DNA of 38,198 nucleotides from Nitrospirales bacterium (GTDB taxonomy: Bacteria; Nitrospirota; Nitrospiria; Nitrospirales; UBA2166), in NCBI GenBank assembly GCA_012965905.1, contig DTRN01000059.1, positions 1-38,198 on the forward strand. Reading direction: 5' to 3'. Below are positions 7,387 to 15,507 of this stretch, in pieces. Made by a program: the position numbers and the translations under genes. Below the pieces are notes generated by a model that saw nothing but the letters and a program-made list of their open reading frames with translations, searched no databases and had not been told where the DNA came from. Positions within the stretch are counted from its first letter, which is position 1. Every line of letters begins with the position of its first letter.

Positions 7387-9098
7387 TAATTGGGTCCGTT
7401 CGATAGCGAAAATAAATCTGACATATCTATCCGCTGTAAGGCGTCGTGGGGACATGCGCGTTGGCAAGCCGGCCCACCCAGCTGGTCCACACAAAGATCA
7501 CACTTCGTAGCTTTCAAAATGGGAGCGTGGGTGCGCTCGTCGAGAATTAGGTGTCCGTTCTCATCGCGAATGTCAACCATCTGAATGTTGTCATACGGAC
7601 AGCTATTCGCACAGGTGCTACAACCTACACAAGTGGTGTCGTCGATGACAACGTGCCCGTGAAACCCCTCACGGTGGATTGCCCCTGTAGGACATCCAAT
7701 GAGACAAACAGGATCGACGCAATGCATACACGCATTGGCTATCAAATACTTGCCATCCCGCTTGCCATGCCGGGTGAAACGGGGATTATTTTCGTGAGCG
7801 GTAGCACAGGCACGCACGCAATCATCACAGCCAGTACAGCGATCGAGATTGATCATCATGGTGGACGTGCCGTTGATAAACCGCTCATCCACAAGGAATT
7901 CCAGGAAGTCTGGATCAATTCTCCTTTCGTGTTCCCGATCCCTTTGCACGGGAACATGCCTGGTATTCGAGGGGACAAGCGGTCGGAGTTGCGCAGATGG
8001 TAAAGAGGGAAGCACCAAAGATTCAATCACGTGAGTTGGTACCAAGAGAATGTCCACGTATCCAATAGCACGCAGCGTGTGCTTAAGGGATATCCGGGCT
8101 TCGCTTTGCCAATTATGCTCGATTTCTTCAAGGCCGTAGATCTTGCCTCGACCAAGGTAAGTGAGCGTGCGGTGTCCGTGCCCGAACTGCTGACTCAACC
8201 GTACGAATCCAGAGCGAATCAGAATTAATCCATTGGGATAGTGCCCTTCTTCCGCAATAATCGGCTCGTGATCCAGGCGTTCCGCCGCACTGCGACTCAT
8301 GATTGCCTTATACGGACCATACCAGTCGAAATCCCCATAGCTCTGGAATTCAACTTGATTAGCCACCTCTTCCAACTGCTCCAACGTCAGGTGCTGGAAG
8401 AGCGGCGTTTGTAGAAGGTGGACTTTCAGGTTCCTTTCACGATAGCGAGCGTCAATATCTTCCTTCAACCGCTGATCAAAGAGGCGTAAGCGCCTTAGTC
8501 CTTGCCAGCGAATTTCCAAAAGCTCTGTCTCTTGGTCAGCAACAATAGTGGCGGTCCGGGCAACGCGACCAAGTGCAGAGATTTCTCCAAACAGGTCTCC
8601 CACTTCTATTCGGTTGGTTTCATACTCCCCCAGAATTACGGGGAGGTCTTGCAAAAACACATGAGCATTCCCCGCTTTGTCATATCTGGTTTTGACCCGG
8701 GAAACCCCTGTATCTGGCGAAAGAGTGCGTTCTTCCGGCTGCGTGGGATTGCGCCATAACTGGGCGATGGCATTGAACAAACCTTTTCTCCGAGGCTCTT
8801 TTCGGCCCAAGATCGACTTTGGTAGATTGAGGAAAACCTGGACTGATCCGGACATGATAAAGTATGCAGAGTTTCCATAATCGCCTTCTCGCACCACAAT
8901 GTCCCCCGCTCGGTACCGAAGAATGCGAGTGTCATTCAGCAGGATCTCTCGTAACGGAGCGTGGGAAGGAAATTTCGCCGGGTCCATATGGCTGAAAGGA
9001 GGGAATGTTAAAACTCTATCGACATCCTCTTCACTCGTTTCATGACTAAACGGCATATCCAAACGAGCAGGACGTTGGATGCGTACATTCAGTGTCAT
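7386..9098 (-). CDS. cytoplasmic fusion protein: two cyclic-nucleotide-binding (cNMP/CAP-effector-like) domains plus a DmsB/NrfC-type four-cluster [4Fe-4S] ferredoxin domain
   Basis: ATG at 9098 with an AGGGGG RBS. First cNMP domain: ILRYRAGDIVVREGDYGNSAYFIMSGSVQVF ... FGEISALGRVARTATIVADQETELLEI. Second, more divergent cNMP-like barrel: GLILIRSGFVRLSQQFGHGHRTLTYLGRGKIYGLEEI. The C-terminus has 16 Cys in four motifs: CTGCDDCVRAC, CMHCVDPVCLIGCP, CVGCSTCANSCP, CDLCVDQLGGPACQRACP. There is no twin-arginine signal at the N-terminus. Confidence 0.88.
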   Translation of the reverse strand: MTLNVRIQRPARLDMPFSHETSEEDVDRVLTFPPFSHMDPAKFPSHAPLREILLNDTRILRYRAGDIVVREGDYGNSAYFIMSGSVQVFLNLPKSILGRKEPRRKGLFNAIAQLWRNPTQPEERTLSPDTGVSRVKTRYDKAGNAHVFLQDLPVILGEYETNRIEVGDLFGEISALGRVARTATIVADQETELLEIRWQGLRRLRLFDQRLKEDIDARYRERNLKVHLLQTPLFQHLTLEQLEEVANQVEFQSYGDFDWYGPYKAIMSRSAAERLDHEPIIAEEGHYPNGLILIRSGFVRLSQQFGHGHRTLTYLGRGKIYGLEEIEHNWQSEARISLKHTLRAIGYVDILLVPTHVIESLVLPSLPSAQLRPLVPSNTRHVPVQRDREHERRIDPDFLEFLVDERFINGTSTMMINLDRCTGCDDCVRACATAHENNPRFTRHGKRDGKYLIANACMHCVDPVCLIGCPTGAIHREGFHGHVVIDDTTCVGCSTCANSCPYDNIQMVDIRDENGHLILDERTHAPILKATKCDLCVDQLGGPACQRACPHDALQRIDMSDLFSLSNGPN

Positions 9099-9130
9099 AG
9101 CATCGTACCCCCTATCTAAATTTATCGATC

Positions 9131-10189
9131 CTATTTTCCAGGCGGAGCTTTCCCGGGTTTTCCTTTGTACTTATCGGCTGTGGGAAGTACCTTGTCTATT
9201 GCTGCCCACTCGCTTCCGTCGTAGTTATTCGCTACCTTTTGAGCGACAGCCCGAATTTTGTCGGCTGCTGGCGTAATCTGGGCTTCTTGGTTGGCGCCCA
9301 ACTTGACCTTTGCAGCAATGGCCAACATTTCCTTAAGTTCAGAAATTGTGACGAGCCCATGAATTTTTTTTAATTTACCCATTGCTTTCCCAACGCGCTT
9401 CACCATCGCCTCCAAGAATGTACCTTTCTCGGTGGCCTTGGACAGGGCACGGAGGCTGTACTCCAAGTCAAGTGACGCTCCAACCACGTATAACATCCGT
9501 TTACGCTCAGACGAAGCTTCCGTGTTCTTTTTTCCTCCCGAGCTGAAAAAATTATGGCGGACTTCGCCTTGCGACCACGCTACGAGATCAAATTCGCTCC
9601 CTGCTTTATGTCCTCCTACGTTGACCAGATGCTCGTTTGGTATCGTGTGACATTGGAAGCAGTTCGCCGCTAATCGGTAGAGTTCAGGAGGTCGGATCAT
9701 GCCGGAGGCCTTTATCGCTGCCAAGCGTTTAGCCTTGTGTTCAGGGGTTTCCATCTCACGTGTGACTGTCTTACCCCCATAATCACTGTGCACTTTAAGC
9801 CAATCCTTCGCGGGACCATGACAGGACTCACAACTAATTCCAACAATCGCCTTGCTCTTCCCTTTCTTGATGCCCGAGGTGAAGTGGCAATTCAAACACG
9901 CGCTGTCCTTTTTCATGCGTTTGACGCCCAGCTTTTCTGCGACCTCCTTGGCCTCTTTCTTACGCGGCAATTCTTTAAAGCTCCTGGAATGTTTGGTTTC
10001 TCTCCAGGTGTGCACCTCAGCCTTATGGCATTCGCCACATTCCTTCGGTCCCACGATTTTCTTGGGATCTTTTTCAGGCATGGCATTGGATTCAACACCC
10101 GATCCCGCCGCCAATAAAAGGACGATGGCTCCAATGGCAAGTCCTACCCATCCTAGCCATGATTGACCCCGTTCCTTGACTTGGTTCAT
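9131..10189 (-). CDS. secreted tetrahaem c-type cytochrome (c554-like multihaem family) with a helical, Lys-rich C-terminal half
   Basis: ATG with a GGAGGAG RBS. Signal or anchor segment WLGWVGLAIGAIVLLLAAGSG. Four CXXCH motifs (CGECH, CLNCH, CESCH, CFQCH). About 150 aa of haem-free C-terminus ending KYKGKPGKAPPGK. Confidence 0.9.
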   Translation of the reverse strand: MNQVKERGQSWLGWVGLAIGAIVLLLAAGSGVESNAMPEKDPKKIVGPKECGECHKAEVHTWRETKHSRSFKELPRKKEAKEVAEKLGVKRMKKDSACLNCHFTSGIKKGKSKAIVGISCESCHGPAKDWLKVHSDYGGKTVTREMETPEHKAKRLAAIKASGMIRPPELYRLAANCFQCHTIPNEHLVNVGGHKAGSEFDLVAWSQGEVRHNFFSSGGKKNTEASSERKRMLYVVGASLDLEYSLRALSKATEKGTFLEAMVKRVGKAMGKLKKIHGLVTISELKEMLAIAAKVKLGANQEAQITPAADKIRAVAQKVANNYDGSEWAAIDKVLPTADKYKGKPGKAPPGK

Positions 10190-10261
10190 GTTTTACTCCT
10201 CCATTTAGACCATTGCGGCAATTCGCTTCCTACTCGTTCAGGGATTTCCTGCGCGAATCCG

Positions 10262-11569
10262 TCATGCATCTAGCGTCACATGCCCTTTTGGTATGGCTAT
10301 GCAAGGGAAGCAAGAGCCGGCCTCGGGTGCAACACCAGGCTCAGTCATGTAGGTGACGTCCCCTGCTTTAATTGCAGTGAGACATGTCCCGCAACTGCCA
10401 GCACGGCAGCCGAAGTCAATTTGGACAGCGTTCCCTTCAGCAAGCTCTAACAGCGAACCGTGCTTTTGATCCCATTGGCATCGTTTCCCTGTTTTCGAGA
10501 AAAAGACTTCAACTTGCGTTGCATCAGCTAGTCGTGGTGGTGGCGCGGCAGTCTTTTTTACCGTAGCCGAGCCAAAGGCTTCAAAAAAGATCTTGTCCTC
10601 TGGAATCCCCCACACCTTAAGTTGCTTGGTCAACGAGTCCATCATCGCCGGTGGCCCACAGAGGAAGAACTCATAATTGTTAGACGGTAATAGGCCTCGT
10701 AGCAAGTCCACGCTGACCCGTCCCGAATGATCGTAATCCTCCCCAATCACATCCGCGTCAGAAGGTTGGCTATAGCATACATGCACGTGCACATTGTGAT
10801 ATTGGCGATTCAGTTGGGCCAGATGATCCTTCATAATATGCTCGGTACCATTGGATACCCCATAGAATAACCATACCTCACGGGTTGTAGCAGCACCCTC
10901 AGTAATACTGTTGAGCATGCTGAGAAGGGGTGTGATGCCTACACCACCCGCAACAAACGCAACTGGAGCGGCGCTTGTCAGATCGAGAAAAAACTTTCCG
11001 CTCGGCGCTTTGACGTCGAGGATATCACCTTCCTGGAGATGATTGTGAAAGTACGAGGAGACCAATCCTGCCGGCACATCTGGGTTATCGCTTGGTGAGA
11101 GTTCCCGTTTAATGGTGATGCGGTAATAGTCTGATTGAGTGGGGCTGTCGGAGAGGGAATAACATCGCACTACCGGTTTTGTGGTGTCGGGAATATGAAG
11201 CTTAAAGACTAAGTGTTGGCCAGGTTGGAAGCGAGGTAGCGGCTTTCGATCATGAGGTGCAAGGTAGAATGAATAGACATCGTGACATTCACGTACTTTT
11301 TGCCGAACCACGAATTTTCGGAACCCTCCCCAAAATCGTTTTTCGTCTTCCTGCCCAACTTTAAGTGTTCTGGCAGCTTCTACCCGACAGCGCAACAACT
11401 CTAGCGCTAGAGTGCGTCGTTGTCGTTCATAGGTCACACGATGCCATGTAGAAACCAAGAATAGGACTACTTGCGCCAAGAGGGCGCCAATAATTATTAC
11501 GCCAATGGTCTGTACTATCACTGCCACGAGCTTAAGCCCTGAGATAGGAGGGGCATCTTTGCGCTCCAA
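10262..11569 (-). CDS. membrane-anchored ferredoxin-NAD(P)+ reductase-type flavoprotein with a C-terminal plant-type [2Fe-2S] domain
   Basis: N-terminal TM helix (LKLVAVIVQTIGVIIIGALLAQVVLFLV). FAD motif RCYSLSD. NAD(P)H motif GGVGITPLLS. FLCGPPAMM. C-terminal CRAGSCGTCLTAIKAGDV...C (CX4CX2C...C). The start codon is non-ATG (TTG at 11569, or GTG at 11527), so the 5' end is uncertain. Confidence 0.85.
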   Translation of the reverse strand: MERKDAPPISGLKLVAVIVQTIGVIIIGALLAQVVLFLVSTWHRVTYERQRRTLALELLRCRVEAARTLKVGQEDEKRFWGGFRKFVVRQKVRECHDVYSFYLAPHDRKPLPRFQPGQHLVFKLHIPDTTKPVVRCYSLSDSPTQSDYYRITIKRELSPSDNPDVPAGLVSSYFHNHLQEGDILDVKAPSGKFFLDLTSAAPVAFVAGGVGITPLLSMLNSITEGAATTREVWLFYGVSNGTEHIMKDHLAQLNRQYHNVHVHVCYSQPSDADVIGEDYDHSGRVSVDLLRGLLPSNNYEFFLCGPPAMMDSLTKQLKVWGIPEDKIFFEAFGSATVKKTAAPPPRLADATQVEVFFSKTGKRCQWDQKHGSLLELAEGNAVQIDFGCRAGSCGTCLTAIKAGDVTYMTEPGVAPEAGSCFPCIAIPKGHVTLDA

Positions 11570-11609
11570 TCAAAAAGTTTGCAAAAGAGAATCAGGCGGC
11601 GACGTTTCG

Positions 11610-11625
11610 AGCAACCAGCAGCCCA
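11610..11625 (-). promoter_or_regulatory. candidate sigma-54 (-24/-12) promoter upstream of the reductase/tetrahaem/FeS/b-type/decahaem genes
   Basis: The minus strand reads TGGGCTGCTGGTTGCT, matching TGG-N8-TTGC-W of the consensus TGGCACG-N4-TTGCW with correct spacing. It lies about 40 nt upstream of the TTG start at 11569, inside the only long (227-nt) intergenic gap of the cluster. The match to the CAC part of the -24 element is poor. Confidence 0.3.
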
Positions 11626-11796
11626 TCAAAATGTATATGGTGCCCCGAGCGATACGTCGGCCGTCAACTCAAACTGTTTCACGTGAAGGTGGCTGGTTGG
11701 CAATTAAATAGGACCCTCGAGTATGCTGGCGGCTTAAAAGTGCTTTTGGCTGCTACTCCCGGCACGGTCCTTAGCAATCAATAGCACCTTCTATTT

Positions 11797-13302
11797 TCAA
11801 AACTTCATGAGTAATTCGAGGCGGGCACCATAGCTTAGATTGCGATCTTCCTGCTTTTCACCAAAGAAATCAACTCGTGGGATAAAATGGTGGCCGATTG
11901 CATGTTGATAACGTGCCGCCGCAGCAATGGCGCCTCGGTTAGACAATGGAGTTCCAGTGACCGTATTCTTGCGGCCTCCTACTTCCATCACAAGCTGCCG
12001 ACGGCCGCCATGGAAAAACATTTGATGTCCCAAGCTTCCGCCTGCCGAGTCATCAGCCTGGTTGCTTAGTACAGGTCTAAAACGCCCAAGCCCTACGGCT
12101 TCAAACAAGATACCAGTCCGGCCTAATGGTCCCCCTTGATCAGGGCCACGAATCGCTGAGGAGAACTGATCAATCCCCCAGTATCCATTGAGATAAACGA
12201 GATTGTGGGTGCGTGGTGGTGTAAAGGAAACCTGGCCAGATAACAGTGTTCCTCGGCTCGTTTGTTGCGTCTCTAGATCCGAGGGTATTGATGTATTAAC
12301 CGCCAAAGTCGTATTGAAAAACCCAAATCGCTGAACTCCTTGAATTCCTGCGAAGTACGCGTCACCTGTCACATCACCCGACTCGATGTACACTAGATCT
12401 ACGGAAATTGTGCTGAAAGGAAAATCTGTTTCAGTAAACAAACCGAATAGCTGTGCTTCGCGATCGAGGCGATTATCGTCTCGGTATATGTTGTCCCAGC
12501 CGTAGAGGGCAGTGAGGCGGGCATTCGATGTTCCTGGAAGCTGGAGGTTGTTGCGGACCAAGCCGACGGCGTCAGTATTTCCAAGCCCGCCGGTGCTTAT
12601 TAAGAGACCTTCCTGGAAAAGTAGTGGTTGACGACCGACGGAAAACCCGATATCCAGTGCCCTAGTGTCGCCTTCGTCTAGGCCAGGGAATATCTCGCCA
12701 AAATCTCCTTCAAAGAACAATGTTCTTACCACAGCGTTGAGCTCATCCTCAAAATCTTTCTCTGGCTCAAAGAGATTCCCACTGAATCGATTATCACGAT
12801 CCAGGGGACGAAATGCGACGAGGATGCGTTCCGTACCCGATAACTTCAGATTGCCGAAAATGTCGAGGCGATTAGCCCATTCGGATGTACGAGTGTCATC
12901 GGGCATTTCACCACCCGCCATAAAACCACGCTCAAATGTTTGTACCGCCGTTCGGTATTCCCCGAATACCCATAGGGACGGCCGCCAGACGGCACCAGTC
13001 GGGAGTGTGAATTCTGGACCGAGTGCGCCGGAGTCTAAAAACCTATCCCCAAATTCCAAGAACAACCGGGGCCTTTGGGGAACTTCTTCAATCTGAAGAG
13101 GTAGGGATTCGTCGGACAACCGACTTGCTGATTCGTCCTTTGATTCTTCCTGATGCTTGTTGTCGTCTTCGCTTGTTGCACCGCTCGCTTGCGACTCTGC
13201 ATGAAAGGCGCTGACCTCTCCCACCCCCAAAACCGGAACAGCCGCGAATAACAAGCAGGCGTACACGGCAACAAGGAAATGTACTGATGCCCGGTTATTC
13301 AT
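11797..13302 (-). CDS. putative outer-membrane beta-barrel (porin-like) protein
   Basis: Signal peptide MNNRASVHFLVAVYACLLFAAVPVLG. An acidic linker, then about 400 aa rich in alternating aromatic/Gly/polar beta-strand patterns. C-terminal ...YGARLELLMKF ends in Phe, as in the OMP beta-signal. No CXXCH. Family not recognised. Confidence 0.65.
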   Translation of the reverse strand: MNNRASVHFLVAVYACLLFAAVPVLGVGEVSAFHAESQASGATSEDDNKHQEESKDESASRLSDESLPLQIEEVPQRPRLFLEFGDRFLDSGALGPEFTLPTGAVWRPSLWVFGEYRTAVQTFERGFMAGGEMPDDTRTSEWANRLDIFGNLKLSGTERILVAFRPLDRDNRFSGNLFEPEKDFEDELNAVVRTLFFEGDFGEIFPGLDEGDTRALDIGFSVGRQPLLFQEGLLISTGGLGNTDAVGLVRNNLQLPGTSNARLTALYGWDNIYRDDNRLDREAQLFGLFTETDFPFSTISVDLVYIESGDVTGDAYFAGIQGVQRFGFFNTTLAVNTSIPSDLETQQTSRGTLLSGQVSFTPPRTHNLVYLNGYWGIDQFSSAIRGPDQGGPLGRTGILFEAVGLGRFRPVLSNQADDSAGGSLGHQMFFHGGRRQLVMEVGGRKNTVTGTPLSNRGAIAAAARYQHAIGHHFIPRVDFFGEKQEDRNLSYGARLELLMKF

Positions 13303-13349
13303 GGGTCTTGGTTGTTAATTAGAGAGACGGTATGGACGCAAAGCCCTGG

Positions 13350-15164
13350 TTAATATTGGTTCTTGTGAACATCATGAACATCAAAGGCTATATCACGCTC
13401 CCATAGCACCACATGTCCAGCTAACACCCCATCCGCAACTTTCCTAGGGCTCATGCCGTAGTCAAAGCCAACATCTTTGATCTCGTTGATCAAATTGACC
13501 GGCACCATACCGACAATCAACTCAATATGAGCTTTGTAAGGTCCCCTCAGGGTCAACGCTAACCCTTCCACCTCATATGTCGCCCACCGACTGCCGTTGG
13601 GTTCGATCATCATCCGATGTTTTCGCACATTGACTGGGCGTCCGATTAACACATTGGACTGTGTTAAAGGACGCAAAAATGGTAGCGGATCAAATGATGT
13701 GTTGACGGATAATACCTGCTCGCTCTCACTTCCACGGAGATTTCGTGTAATAAATTTAGACTGAAGATTGAACAGATATCGATCAAGAGGCAGTTCACCG
13801 TTGTGCACGTAAACAGAGTGAATATCCCGCAGATCTCCGTTTGGGTCGGCATCTCCAGATTTGAAAACAGAGGTGCCATCCCGATCCGAAACCGTGACGC
13901 GCAGATAGACAAGACGCTCGGCGTCAAAGCCCGTAGGCACGCCGTGTCCATCCGTCCCACTTTTCACCTGCACTCGGAAACGGAGACCATCTCCATCCGC
14001 CTGATCAGTCACGATCTTGCCAAGTCGGAACCCTTCCTGCAACACCTTTTTCCTTTGCAAACCATACTCATCTAATAATGCAAACTGATCGTCAAGAATT
14101 TCACGAGCATCATAGCGGTCGTCTGTAGAAGACCATCGATCTGGAAACGCGTCATCGTCAGGATCCTGGTCTTCAAACTCGTCTGTTCCCCAACCAGCCT
14201 GATGATCGAAGGCTAGCCATTCCCGAATAGTCGCGAATTCCGCAGCGTCTATATTGTGCGGGAAAATCCCGGGATGTATGACAGAATGGTCGGGCCCAGG
14301 GAACATGTGATTGGTGCGTTTCCGAGATCTGGTTTCTACCCCACCCACTCGGGCGGCAGATGCATGAACATAGCCCGATGACTTTCCCGGCTTCCGGCCC
14401 ATATGGCAGTCCTGACAGGTGATTCCCTGCCTGGCAGCTGGCGAGGTCTTATATTCGCTGAAGGCTTCTTCCAGCCGGAACCCGTTAAGCAAGTTTACGT
14501 CATGGCATGAACCGCAGAATCCCGGTTCGCTCAGCGACGGAAAAAGTTTCACCTCACCGTGGATGGCTCGTCCGACTTCGCCGCGTTCTGGATTGACCTG
14601 ATACTCGTCACTTCCTAACACACGCTTGAGCTCCTCGTTGCCTTTGGGGCCATACACTGGGTCAAATAGGTCGCCTTCTACAATCTTGAGGCGTCCACTC
14701 TCTTTCCCGTAGGCTTGATCAACTCGATGGCAGACGACGCACGTGATGCCTTCACGAGAAGTAGGATGTCGGTCGATGTTGCTCATAAATAGGGGTTCCC
14801 CCAAATTCATTCCTACTTGAGTATGACAGCGAATGCAGAAGTCCCCATTGGTACCGTTGGTGAGCTTAAGAATGGTGCCGTGCATCGCGTTGAACACCGG
14901 GCTCATCTGCGCATATGCATGAGGAGAAACCGACCACTCTCGGTAATGATCCGCATGACATGTTTGACACGTTGAGGCTGATGGGTAACGGTTTTCCAAG
15001 AATAATTTTTCATGGGCAGCTTCGGCTGATTCTTCTAGAGTTTCTGAAGATTCCTCCTGAGATAACGCCATATCGATATATGCGAAGCACAGCACCCCTA
15101 TCAGAAGCAAAACCAAGGGAATCCCAATGCGCCTGGAAAGCACTATCAAACTTGTAAATGCCAT
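13350..15164 (-). CDS. secreted pentahaem c-type cytochrome with a large haem-free C-terminal domain
   Basis: ORF 13350..15170. The ATG at 15164 is preceded by GGGAGG. Signal-like segment IGIPLVLLLIGVLCFAYIDMALS. Five CXXCH motifs in the first 260 aa or so (CQTCH, CIRCH, CVVCH, CGSCH, CQDCH), then about 340 aa without haem motifs. Confidence 0.9.
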   Translation of the reverse strand: MAFTSLIVLSRRIGIPLVLLLIGVLCFAYIDMALSQEESSETLEESAEAAHEKLFLENRYPSASTCQTCHADHYREWSVSPHAYAQMSPVFNAMHGTILKLTNGTNGDFCIRCHTQVGMNLGEPLFMSNIDRHPTSREGITCVVCHRVDQAYGKESGRLKIVEGDLFDPVYGPKGNEELKRVLGSDEYQVNPERGEVGRAIHGEVKLFPSLSEPGFCGSCHDVNLLNGFRLEEAFSEYKTSPAARQGITCQDCHMGRKPGKSSGYVHASAARVGGVETRSRKRTNHMFPGPDHSVIHPGIFPHNIDAAEFATIREWLAFDHQAGWGTDEFEDQDPDDDAFPDRWSSTDDRYDAREILDDQFALLDEYGLQRKKVLQEGFRLGKIVTDQADGDGLRFRVQVKSGTDGHGVPTGFDAERLVYLRVTVSDRDGTSVFKSGDADPNGDLRDIHSVYVHNGELPLDRYLFNLQSKFITRNLRGSESEQVLSVNTSFDPLPFLRPLTQSNVLIGRPVNVRKHRMMIEPNGSRWATYEVEGLALTLRGPYKAHIELIVGMVPVNLINEIKDVGFDYGMSPRKVADGVLAGHVVLWERDIAFDVHDVHKNQY

Positions 15165-15507
15165 TGGCAACCTCCCTGAAAATCAGGACTGAAAGACAGT
15201 TTTAGTTATTTTTGGCAATAAATTATGAGCGTCTTCTTTTTTAAAATCAAGTTATGGCGTTGTTGCATAATTCTAAAACCCACTACACTTTCGACCGTTT
15301 GTGTATGCTCAGAGAATCCTCTCTGACACCGCCTCCGTCTATTCGATAGGTCAGAAATCCAGGGAACCAGCGGGCCGTGGTGCCCGCCTCGCGATCAATG
15401 ACGCGCCAACTATACCCGATAACAGTAGGCATTCTCCGAGCTTTAGCCTGTGCACGAAAAAAAATACGCTTGATCAGGGCCGAGTGGAGTCCATAGCATC
15501 AATATGA

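Noticed and set aside
15301-15507. 68-aa ORF between the pentahaem gene and the integrase remnant
   Set aside because: It has no RBS or motifs and lies in the decaying island end. I looked on both strands for integrase arm-domain remnants and could not support any.
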